Positions 1-8,362 of a DNA stretch of 31,107 bases are shown one piece after another. Positions within the stretch are counted from its first letter, which is position 1; each line of letters opens with the position of its first letter. Origin of the DNA: Acidobacteriota bacterium (lineage in GTDB: Bacteria > Acidobacteriota > UBA6911 > JACQSX01); contig DASXQR010000128.1 in assembly GCA_036507075.1 (NCBI GenBank), positions 1-31,107 on the forward strand, read 5' to 3'. The notes beneath the pieces are model-generated. The model saw nothing but the letters and a program-made list of their open reading frames with translations. It was not told the DNA's origin and searched no databases. The position numbers were made by a program, and so were the translations under genes.

Positions 1-231
1 CGCCAACTCCTGGGTGAAGACGGGTATCAGAAATATCTGAAGACCGTGGCCGAGTCCGTCCTGGGTACGGAAACCATCGTCAGTCGGTTCTTGCCCGAGT
101 TGAGCAACGCTCCCGAGGAAATAGCCTCGGCTGCGCCGGCCTTCTGGAACCCCAAACCGCCGGCCCCGAAGGCCAAGCCTGCCGCTGATGCTGCTAAGCC
201 GGAAGCGGCCAAGGGCACCAAATCCAAATAA
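1..231 (+). CDS. 3' end of a hypothetical protein (partial, begins before the window)
   Basis: Frame 1 is open from base 1 (RQLLGEDGYQKYLKTVAESVLGTETIVSRFLPELSN...) to TAA at 229-231, ending in an Ala/Pro/Lys-rich tail. Confidence 0.7.
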   Translation, partial: RQLLGEDGYQKYLKTVAESVLGTETIVSRFLPELSNAPEEIASAAPAFWNPKPPAPKAKPAADAAKPEAAKGTKSK

Positions 232-245
232 GGCCAATTGGTGAT

Positions 246-300
246 CTTTGTGTCTTTGTGGTGAAACGCCTTTTCACCACGAAGGCACAAAGGACACGAA
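246..300. repeat. Head-in inverted repeat of the ACCRCNRAG family; possible terminator
   Basis: CTTTGTGTCTTTGTGGTGAAA (246-266) pairs with TTTCACCACGAAGGCACAAAG (272-292); the two mismatches are G-U compatible. Confidence 0.8.
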
Positions 301-303
301 AGT

Positions 304-346
304 TTGACACGCTTATCTGACCACGGTATCATGACCATAGTCATGA
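304..346 (+). promoter_or_regulatory. Sigma70 promoter with overlapping palindromic operator for the TA operon
   Basis: TTGACA (304-309), 17-bp spacer, TATCAT (327-332). Inverted repeat TCATGAC-cata-GTCATGA (329-346) overlaps the -10 box and the ATG. Confidence 0.8.
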
Positions 347-579
347 AACCAGTTAAGATTTCCAAGTCCAAATTCAAACCTCGGGCGCTGGAGTACTTTC
401 GGCAAGTGGAAACGACCGGGACGGAAGTGATCATTACCGATCGCGGCAGGCCGGTGGCCAAGATAGTGCCTTATTCGGAAAGCGCGCGGGATATTCTGAA
501 GGAACTCCGCCATTCGGTCATCGAATATGACCATCCGACCAAACCCGTCGCCCTTGAAGACTGGGAATCTCTGAAGTGA
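343..579 (+). CDS. Phd/YefM family antitoxin
   Basis: ISKSKFKPRALEYFRQVETTGTEVIITDRGRPVAKIVP is the Phd signature. ATG 343 chosen because it lies downstream of the promoter. GTGA overlap with the toxin gene. Confidence 0.9.
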   Translation: MKPVKISKSKFKPRALEYFRQVETTGTEVIITDRGRPVAKIVPYSESARDILKELRHSVIEYDHPTKPVALEDWESLK

Positions 580-971
580 TCGTCCTCGACACGCACGTTT
601 GGGTGTGGTGGGTGAGCGATCCGCGTGAGCTTTCGGCAAGATCGCGGCGACTTATCGAGGAGAGTCGAGGCAAGAACGCCGTCTACATCTCTTCCATCAG
701 TGTTTGGGAAGTGGCGCTGCTGGTCGCCAGGAACCGATTGAAGCTCAGGATCAGTACAGCAGATTGGATAGCAAGATCGGAAGCACTGCCGTTCCTCAAC
801 TTTGTTCCCGTTGATAACCAAATCGCCTTTAGATCCGCCTCCTTGCCTGAGCCGCTCCACAGCGACCCTGCTGATCGAATCATCATTGCGACCGCCGTCA
901 GTCACGACGCAACCTTGATCAGCAAGGATGAAAAAATCCTGGGATATCCCCACGTAAGGGCGACTTGGTAA
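576..971 (+). CDS. vapC: VapC-type PIN domain toxin (ribonuclease)
   Basis: PIN acidic motifs: IVLDTH, SSISVWEVA, HSDPADRIIIATA, LISKD. Translationally coupled to the antitoxin. Confidence 0.92.
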   Translation: MIVLDTHVWVWWVSDPRELSARSRRLIEESRGKNAVYISSISVWEVALLVARNRLKLRISTADWIARSEALPFLNFVPVDNQIAFRSASLPEPLHSDPADRIIIATAVSHDATLISKDEKILGYPHVRATW

Positions 972-1066
972 ATTTTGAGTAGTGATCTAGTTTGTGCTGC
1001 GGCTTCGCGCCGTGTGTTACAAGTTGGCAACTTCTCGCTTTTTAACAAAGTTTTGTCTGGCACCTG

Positions 1067-1172
1067 CATTCCTTCACCGCAGAGGCGCAGAGGACGCAGA
1101 GAATGCGCAGAGTTTCGTCTGCATGTCTCTGCGCAACCTCTACGTTCTCTGCGCCTCTGCGGTGAAGGAATG
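1067..1172. repeat. Head-out MITE-like palindromic element
   Basis: Perfect 26-bp terminal inverted repeat CATTCCTTCACCGCAGAGGCGCAGAG with internal (C)GCAGAG periodic units, between convergent genes. Confidence 0.85.
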
Positions 1173-1221
1173 TGACTTTCCACATGACCGATGACACGTT
1201 TGGTTGTGGCCTACGGCGCGG

Positions 1222-4200
1222 CTATCTCCACTCACCCTGGAAAACAAATGCCGACCAATAGTAGGGGGAACTGCGCGTCTTTTGCTGGTAGATCGAGATT
1301 TGTGCGGCGCGAAGGGCTGCGGACGGGCGGAGTCGTCGCGGGCCCAACATCGATTGGTAGAATTGCGCCATCAAATCGCTGGTGGCGCGATCATCGACCT
1401 TCCATAAGCTGGCCACCAGGCGCGGCGCGCCTGCGTACATGAAGCCTCGAGTAAGACTGATCAGTCCTTCGCCGCGTATTTCTTTGCCCAGCGCCGTCTG
1501 GCATGCGCTCAGGACGACCAGCTCCGCCGGCAGTTTCAGATTGTAGATGTGGTTCAGGCGCAGAAATCCATCCTGAGGGTTGCCGTTCTCATCCACCAGC
1601 GACAATACGACGCCGGATAACTCCGGATGGCTGCTGTCAAGAAGCCCGTGAGTCGCAAAGTGAATGATTCGATACTGCTCCAATTCCCGACTGGTCGCCA
1701 TGGCCCGGCTTGCCTGGAAATCGAGGGCCTGCCTGCGATCCGCGGGTGCCGTCAGCTTCAAAATAGCAGCCGCTTCGCGCCTCGTTCCAATCAACCTGCT
1801 GAAGCGGGTCGGTAGGTCGCCGCCGCTCCGGCCGGGCAAGAGGTCACTCGCGCCTGAACGCGTGGGAGGATCTGGCGCAGTCAGCGGCAGATCTTTTGCA
1901 GCGCGCCCGGACGTTCCGGCATTCGGCGCCGGCCGGCCGTCCCGGCCGGGCAGCTTGACCCGTGCATCTTCCGCGCTGAAGACGGGATCCGCAAAAACAG
2001 CCAGCGTCTTGGGCGCCGGTTTGCGGGCGCCGAAATCACGGCGCAGGATCGCAACCGTGGACGCCGAAGGCAGCATCACGACCTCATGTTCCAGAATCAG
2101 CGGCCGAAATGCCTGCGTACCCGGAACAGGCAGAGCGGCAAAGGGTACGTATTGCAGCGCTCCGTCGGCGACTATTAGAAGGCGCTTTGTACCCAGCATC
2201 CGTGCCACCGGTTGCAGAATCGCGCGGCTCAGAAGCCTGCCTGCCTCGTCTATCTGGTCGACCTGATTTTCCCTGCATGCCCGATAATATCGACTTGCCA
2301 GATCTTCGATTTCCGATCGCGCAGGTAAGACGAATGCGGTGATCCCTCCGCTGGTAACCGCCCAGACAAAACTGCGCGCGCCTTCGAGCGAGTACTCCAG
2401 CAATATCGAATCTTCATCCAGGACCTGCCGCTGGATCCGGTCGAGGTCAAGCGGCTCGGGTTGCGTCAAGGCGGCATATCGGGGGCTGGATTGACGGATT
2501 TCAGTGCGAAGGCTCGCGTAATCCTCGGCGATTATGTCGATCTCTTTGGCGAGCGCGGCCGCTTGCCCTCCACCTTGAGAAGCAGAGAACAGGCGCGCCT
2601 GCTTCTCAGCCTTCGAATTCAGCAACTGTTGTACTTGTCGCTCACGGGCGAGCAGCGCCGGATCGACGCCTTGCCTGATATCGGCATTGGCTTCATTGAG
2701 AATCTCCAACAGTGTGCGTGCGCGCGCGCGCTCGCTGGCTTGCAGCGCTGCGGCGTCGAACCCGCGATCCGGAAATTTCTGATGCAGCGCCATTAAAAGA
2801 CTGACATAGAAATCGTAGTAATTCTGGATGGAAGCAGAGTAAGAAGTGCGAAGCTCCTGGGCCGCCACCCTGGTGCGTATCGATTCGATGATTTTCAAAC
2901 CGGACTCGATTCGTTCTCGCGCTTCCAAAAGATTGCCGGCCTGATTTTCCGCCTGCGCCAGGCTGTAGAGCGTGGTCGCCTCGGCCACGGGTTGTCCCAT
3001 AGCCCGGAAAAGCTCGAGTGCCTGGCGGTGATATTCGATCGCGTCCTTGACGTCTCCTTTCAAAGCGTAAATCAGGCCGATGCTTGTCAGAGTTAAAGCC
3101 ACCCCCCGCCGGCTGTTGACCGAACGATGAAGTTCCAGAGCCTTGCGTTGAAGCTCCAGCGCCCTGTCAATCTGACCCTGCGAGGCGTAAATCCTGGCAA
3201 TGCTGTTAAGAGCGGAAGCTTCGCCGCCCGGATCGCGCAGATTCCGCCGCAGGTTGAGGGCCAGGTCAAGATTCTCGAGCGCCTTGGCCCTGTCGCCAGA
3301 CCGCTCCTGGATGCCGGCGATATTGGTCAGTACTGCCGCTTCGCTGCTTTTATTCCCCGTCGCCTGATGCAGCGCGAGAGATTCCGAATAAAGATCAAGC
3401 GCTTTCCGGTTCTCGCCCACTCGAGAATAGAGCCTGCCCATGTTTGTCAGCGTGTTTGCCTCACCCACCCGAAAGCCTGAGCTTCTGTGCAGGCGCAGAG
3501 CCTCGCTGTAAACATCGAGAGACTTCTGGTATTCGCCAGTCAAATCGTAAATGTGCGCGATGTTATGAAGCGTGGCCGCCTCACCGCTCGGATCTCCGGA
3601 AGTTCTCCATGATTTGAGAGCCTGATTGTAGAAATCGAGAGCCCGGGGATAATCGTCTATGGAAAAATGGAGCGCTCCCAGATTGTTAAGCGCGGCGGCC
3701 AGATCCCGTGGATCCCCGATGGCGCGCCGGATTTCCAATCCCTGGTTGAGCGAATCGAGAGCCCGCTGTTTGTCTCCCAGCTTGTCGTAAACGACTCCGA
3801 TATTCAGAAGCGTAGTCCCTTCGGCGCGCCGGTTGCCGGCGATGCGATGAAGCGGCAGCGCCCGGGAATAGTGGTCAAGGGCCTTCTGTCTTTCTCCCAG
3901 GTTGTCGTAAATCAAAGCCAGATTGTTCAAGCTGATGCCCTGCGCGCGGGTGTCTTGGGCGGCCATCGAAGCCGAGAGCGCCTGATTGGCCAGTGACAAG
4001 GCCTGGGTTCGATCTCCCTGATGATCGTGGATCAGTGCGATGAAACCCAGCAGATAGGCTTCACGGCTCCGATCTTCGTGTTTGCGATATAGCGCCAGCG
4101 CCTGGTTGTAAAGTCCGAGCGCCTTCTGCTTTTCCGCCAGGACATCATAGGTTCTGGCCAGGCCCGTCAGCGAGAGGGCCTGACCCAGACTGTCCTGTGT

Positions 4201-4728
4201 CGATTGATAAAGCTTCAAAGCCGCTTCATATTTTGCCAGCGACTGGCGAAGCGATTGAGCATTTCCCTCAGACCTGGAATGCTCCGCTTCCGTGAAAAGC
4301 CGGTCGGCCGAGACGGTGTCGGAATCCGGAGCGGCGGCGGCTCGTTGCTCCAGGAATTGAATCCGGTATTCACCGGCGCCATCCTTGTTTGCGCAGCGAA
4401 TCTGGATCCGGTAAACGCCGGCTGTTTCGGTCACTGCAGAGATCATTACCGGGCCCGGCGGAGATTTTGCATTTTCAAATTCGGCGATCTTTGTTCCATT
4501 CGGTCCGCTGAAAGCGACAATGACGTCGATCCGCGAGGGGACCAGGCGCAGCCTGACAAACTCCTTTGGCCCCAGGCGCAGAGTGTAGGCCTCGACCTCC
4601 CCCGCCCCTAACGGGCGCTGCATTGCGGCTCCCGGGGCGAGGTCGGCCTGGAAGGTCAGGGCAGCCTTGGGCAATGCGAGAGTCTGAAAAAGGAATAACG
4701 AAGCGAAAAGCAAAGCACGCCGATTCAT
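1222..4728 (-). CDS. Secreted TPR-repeat CHAT-domain (caspase-like) protease
   Basis: Signal-like MNRRALLFASLFLFQTLA, a beta-rich N-domain, a long run of TPRs (EAATLHNIAHIYDLTGEYQKSLDVY...) and a CHAT domain with catalytic IIHFATHG and VVLSACQT plus the YYWSAFVFQG end motif. Start at 4728 or 4758, not 5868. Confidence 0.9.
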   Translation of the reverse strand: MNRRALLFASLFLFQTLALPKAALTFQADLAPGAAMQRPLGAGEVEAYTLRLGPKEFVRLRLVPSRIDVIVAFSGPNGTKIAEFENAKSPPGPVMISAVTETAGVYRIQIRCANKDGAGEYRIQFLEQRAAAAPDSDTVSADRLFTEAEHSRSEGNAQSLRQSLAKYEAALKLYQSTQDSLGQALSLTGLARTYDVLAEKQKALGLYNQALALYRKHEDRSREAYLLGFIALIHDHQGDRTQALSLANQALSASMAAQDTRAQGISLNNLALIYDNLGERQKALDHYSRALPLHRIAGNRRAEGTTLLNIGVVYDKLGDKQRALDSLNQGLEIRRAIGDPRDLAAALNNLGALHFSIDDYPRALDFYNQALKSWRTSGDPSGEAATLHNIAHIYDLTGEYQKSLDVYSEALRLHRSSGFRVGEANTLTNMGRLYSRVGENRKALDLYSESLALHQATGNKSSEAAVLTNIAGIQERSGDRAKALENLDLALNLRRNLRDPGGEASALNSIARIYASQGQIDRALELQRKALELHRSVNSRRGVALTLTSIGLIYALKGDVKDAIEYHRQALELFRAMGQPVAEATTLYSLAQAENQAGNLLEARERIESGLKIIESIRTRVAAQELRTSYSASIQNYYDFYVSLLMALHQKFPDRGFDAAALQASERARARTLLEILNEANADIRQGVDPALLARERQVQQLLNSKAEKQARLFSASQGGGQAAALAKEIDIIAEDYASLRTEIRQSSPRYAALTQPEPLDLDRIQRQVLDEDSILLEYSLEGARSFVWAVTSGGITAFVLPARSEIEDLASRYYRACRENQVDQIDEAGRLLSRAILQPVARMLGTKRLLIVADGALQYVPFAALPVPGTQAFRPLILEHEVVMLPSASTVAILRRDFGARKPAPKTLAVFADPVFSAEDARVKLPGRDGRPAPNAGTSGRAAKDLPLTAPDPPTRSGASDLLPGRSGGDLPTRFSRLIGTRREAAAILKLTAPADRRQALDFQASRAMATSRELEQYRIIHFATHGLLDSSHPELSGVVLSLVDENGNPQDGFLRLNHIYNLKLPAELVVLSACQTALGKEIRGEGLISLTRGFMYAGAPRLVASLWKVDDRATSDLMAQFYQSMLGPRRLRPSAALRAAQISIYQQKTRSSPYYWSAFVFQGEWR

Positions 4729-4847
4729 TTGAACCCTGTCAACGAGGCTGAGGAACATGGACCATCTATTGATTTCCAGAAATATTTGGAACAATCGGGC
4801 TGGACAAATATTGTACGCGATTGGGCCCCTAGCCCGTCTGCACAATT

Positions 4848-4917
4848 TCAGTACCGCGGTGCGTGAGCCCGCGGCTCGGCTGGCTGCGCACCGCGGGCTC
4901 ACGCACCGCGGTACTGA
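4848..4917. repeat. REP-like perfect palindrome (GTAC-type)
   Basis: TCAGTACCGCGGTGCGTGAGCCCGCGG (4848-4874) is the exact reverse complement of 4891-4917. Confidence 0.85.
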
Positions 4918-5037
4918 GCGCGAGCAGGTGAGGCTGGGCTCAAACCAGGTAGCGCCTGACTTCAGAGCGCTCGCGGTGGTACTATTTCGGCTATCGAACA
5001 GAAACAAGTCAACAGGCAGTTCTGCCCTGGAGGCTCC

Positions 5038-8000
5038 ATGATGAACGTTCTGAGAAGGTTCGTAGTTTGCGTTGTTTGTCTCGCCTGCGTGTGGTTGATC
5101 GTTCAAGGCCAGGCGACCACGGGTACTATCCTGGGAACAGTAACCGACGCGAGCGGCGCGGTAGTGCCGGGAGTCGAAGTGACCGCGACCAACACCGGCA
5201 CGAATTTCTCCCGTAGCGCGCTTACCAACCAGGAAGGGCAGTATGCTATTCGTCTCCTGCCCGTAGGTGATTACCGCGTGGAGGCGTCGCTTCCCGGCTT
5301 CCGCAAGTTCGTCCGGACTGGGATCGTAATCGAAGTGAACCGAAACGCGCGTGTTGACGCCGTGCTGGAAGTCGGCGAACAGAGTCAGGTGATTTCGGTA
5401 AGCGGCGATGCGCCGCTGGTGGAAACGTCCACTCCGGCTCTCGGGCTGACGGTCAACCAGAATGACATTCAGAATCTTCCTTTGGTCAACCGCGAGGTCT
5501 ACAGCCTGCTGGAGCTGACGGCAGGGGTTGACACGACTTCTGAAGCGAGCGACAACTTTGGCGCTCCCATGCGTGTCACGCTTGTCAACGGTTCCTCGAA
5601 CGGTGGAGCCGGTTCGGTCAACTACAGCCTTGATGGCGGGATAAACTCGAGCGGCCTGCGCAACACCGGTAATCTCGCGCCTAACCCCGACGCGGTTCAG
5701 GAGTTTCGCGTTGTCACTAACAATTACTCCGCGGAATACGGACGGTTCGCCGGGGGCGCTGTCGACGTAGTAACCAAATCGGGAACCAATAAATGGCATG
5801 GTTCTTTGTTTGAATATCTGCGCAATGAGAAACTCAATGCAAACCGCTGGCTGCCCGGCGAGACGCAATTACGCAAAGAGCCGCTCAAGAGAAACCAATT
5901 CGGCGGGACAGTCGGCGGGCCCATTGTTCGCGACCGCACTTTTTTCTTCTTCAGTTATTCAGGACTGCGGCAGCGAGAGGTAAGCTTCGCCAACACAGCC
6001 GAGCCTCCCACTGATTTAGAGCGCCAGGGCGACTTTTCAAAATCCCGGCAGACCAAGCCCAGAGATCCTCTGACCGGCCAGCCCTTTCCCAACGCGGTGA
6101 TACCCGTCTCGCGCTTTGATCCAGCCGTCAAGCAGATCCTCGCCAAATACATCCCTGCACCGAACCTTCCCAATGGCCTCTACGAAGTGCAGGAGCCGCA
6201 CCCTCGGGACACCAATGAGGCCCAGTTCAAAATCGATCATGCCCTGGGCTCTTCTCACCAATTGACGGGCAGCTATTTTTTTACCCGCGGTAAAGATGTG
6301 GTCGGGCTGCTGGGTAGTATTGCCTGGACCCGCCGGCAGTTCAGTTGGACGCAGCAAAACTACAATGTCACCGACACCTGGACGATCAGTCCCACGACCA
6401 TCAATCAGCTGCGCCTGACATACCTGCGAAATGTCGGAGGACGGCTGAATGTACCTGAGGTTTCTCTGGGTGATCTCGGGTCGAAATACCAAATTCAGGG
6501 TGCACCCTCGCTGCCGCAGATTCAGGTTTCAGGTCGATTCAATCTGAACAGCGCGATTGCCGGGCCGAAGGCGGGCAGCGATCTGTATCAGTTGAGAAAT
6601 ACTCTCGGCATGGCCCGGTCCCGCCATTCCTTCAAGTTTGGCGGTGAAATTTTTCTGGAAAAAGTTACACACGACACCACACTGAATAACTATGGCACTT
6701 TCAGTTTTGCCACCAACAATGCGCGCGGCACCGGCAATTCGCTGGCCGATTTTCTGCTGGGACTTCCCACGACGATGAATCAGGATGCCCCGGTGACGAA
6801 AAATGACAATGGCTGGTACACGGGGCTGTTTGTGGTCGACGATTTTAAGATCCATCCGCGGCTGATGCTGAATCTCGGCCTGCGCTACGACCTGCAGCTT
6901 CCTTACAAGGATCCCCTGAACCGCAAGCTGACGTATGTGAAAGGAGCGACTTCACAGGTGGTTAAGAACGCGCTGCCGGGTTTGTTGTTTCCGGGTGATC
7001 CCGGTGTTCACCGCGGCATTATTGACACTGATAGGAACAACTTTGCTCCTCGCGTCGGATTAGCGTGGGATCCTTTTGGCGATGGCAAGACCGCGATCCG
7101 CGCTGCGTTTGGTCTCTTTTATGGCAGCATTTCGGCAAACGAATGGAATTCCTCAGCCGACGGGCAGCCGTTTTCAATCCGGCAGCGTTTCAACAATGTA
7201 AAATCGCTATCAGATCCTTACGGTCTGCTGCCCGGAGGTGTTTCACCGTTCCCCTATAATTACGAGCCTGGGAATCCCAGATTCGTTTTTCCCGCCGGGG
7301 TGCGCGGTCCCAGTCTCAATTTTCGCCTGCCATACGTTTACCAAATGAATTTTTCCGTGCAACGCCAGTTGTTCAGTGATGTGAGCGTCACGGCTTCGTA
7401 CGTGGGAAGTCTGGGGCACAAATTGCCATTCGACCGCGATTTGAATTATCCCGTTTTTGGTCCGGGAGCCACGACCGGCAACGTCGACAATCGGCGGCCG
7501 ATCCAGCCGGGCACGTTCGGTCAGATTTTTCTGATTGAGTCGGTCTTGAATACGGCGTATCACGGCCTGCAGATCACGGCTGAAAAGCGGTACTCGCGAA
7601 ATTTCCAGATGAAAGGCTATTACACCCTCGGCAAGAGCCTGGAGGGGGCAACTCTACAGCGCAGCACTCGAGGAGAGCCGCAGAACTATAACAACATCGC
7701 GGCCGAGAGAGCCCGGACCGACAATGATCGGCGGCACAACGTCTCAATCTCGGGCTTCTGGAATCTCGATTACTTCGATCACACGGAGTCGGTATTGAAG
7801 GCCGTAGTCTCCGGCTGGACGCTTTCGGCGATCGCTTCGCTGCGAAGCGGCACGCCGCTTACCATCACCAGCGGTCGGGACAATAATCTGGATGGAAGCA
7901 CCAACGACCGTCCTAATGTGGTAGGCAATCCGGAGCTGGATGCCAACAGGCCGCGCGCGGAAGTGGTGGGCCGATGGTTCAACCCTGACGCGTTTACTCA

Positions 8001-8259
8001 GAATCTGACTGGCCAGGATGGCAACGCGAGCCGGAATATCCTTGACGCACCGGGAATGAAGAACATCGATCTGGGAATCTTCCGGAATTTCCGGCTGACA
8101 GAGAACAGCAAACTGCAGTTCCGTGCTGAGGCTACCAACGCTTTCAACATCGTGAACCTGGGCAGCCCGACGACCAGCATTAATTCGAGCACAGTGGGCC
8201 AGATACGCACCGCCCGGCCGATGAGACAGGTGCAGTTGGGGCTGAAATTGTCGTTTTAA
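5038..8259 (+). CDS. TonB-dependent receptor with N-terminal carboxypeptidase regulatory-like domain (Oar-like)
   Basis: GGAGG RBS, signal peptide, GTILGTVTDASGAVVPG, plug PNPDAVQEFRVVTNNYSAEYG, KSGTNKWHGSLFEYLRN, and C-terminal RQVQLGLKLSF. Confidence 0.93.
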   Translation: MMNVLRRFVVCVVCLACVWLIVQGQATTGTILGTVTDASGAVVPGVEVTATNTGTNFSRSALTNQEGQYAIRLLPVGDYRVEASLPGFRKFVRTGIVIEVNRNARVDAVLEVGEQSQVISVSGDAPLVETSTPALGLTVNQNDIQNLPLVNREVYSLLELTAGVDTTSEASDNFGAPMRVTLVNGSSNGGAGSVNYSLDGGINSSGLRNTGNLAPNPDAVQEFRVVTNNYSAEYGRFAGGAVDVVTKSGTNKWHGSLFEYLRNEKLNANRWLPGETQLRKEPLKRNQFGGTVGGPIVRDRTFFFFSYSGLRQREVSFANTAEPPTDLERQGDFSKSRQTKPRDPLTGQPFPNAVIPVSRFDPAVKQILAKYIPAPNLPNGLYEVQEPHPRDTNEAQFKIDHALGSSHQLTGSYFFTRGKDVVGLLGSIAWTRRQFSWTQQNYNVTDTWTISPTTINQLRLTYLRNVGGRLNVPEVSLGDLGSKYQIQGAPSLPQIQVSGRFNLNSAIAGPKAGSDLYQLRNTLGMARSRHSFKFGGEIFLEKVTHDTTLNNYGTFSFATNNARGTGNSLADFLLGLPTTMNQDAPVTKNDNGWYTGLFVVDDFKIHPRLMLNLGLRYDLQLPYKDPLNRKLTYVKGATSQVVKNALPGLLFPGDPGVHRGIIDTDRNNFAPRVGLAWDPFGDGKTAIRAAFGLFYGSISANEWNSSADGQPFSIRQRFNNVKSLSDPYGLLPGGVSPFPYNYEPGNPRFVFPAGVRGPSLNFRLPYVYQMNFSVQRQLFSDVSVTASYVGSLGHKLPFDRDLNYPVFGPGATTGNVDNRRPIQPGTFGQIFLIESVLNTAYHGLQITAEKRYSRNFQMKGYYTLGKSLEGATLQRSTRGEPQNYNNIAAERARTDNDRRHNVSISGFWNLDYFDHTESVLKAVVSGWTLSAIASLRSGTPLTITSGRDNNLDGSTNDRPNVVGNPELDANRPRAEVVGRWFNPDAFTQNLTGQDGNASRNILDAPGMKNIDLGIFRNFRLTENSKLQFRAEATNAFNIVNLGSPTTSINSSTVGQIRTARPMRQVQLGLKLSF

Positions 8260-8281
8260 GGATGTTGAATTCGGGCTGGCC

Positions 8282-8326
8282 TGGTGCCTTTGTGGTTGAA
8301 AAAAATAAACCACCAAGACACCAAGC
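8282..8326. repeat. Head-in inverted repeat of the ACCRCNRAG family; possible bidirectional terminator
   Basis: TGGTGCCTTTGTGGTT, an A-rich loop, then AACCACCAAGACACCAAG, between convergent genes. Confidence 0.7.
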
Positions 8327-8362
8327 TAAGTTGGTACGCGCCTGCTTCAAAATACGAGCTGG

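Noticed and set aside
1021..1033. AAGTTG-G-CAACTT mini-palindrome
   Set aside because: Too short to call; could be a decayed REP or chance.
902..1194. Short ORFs with RRGAE/LCASAVK-type peptides, also at 12351-12611 and 27788-28030
   Set aside because: These are translations of the palindromic repeat elements, with no RBS or protein motif.
4759..5868. N-terminal 370-aa extension of the CHAT ORF in the track (1548 aa)
   Set aside because: It is antisense to the TonB receptor and crosses a REP palindrome; the signal-like sequence begins at 4728.
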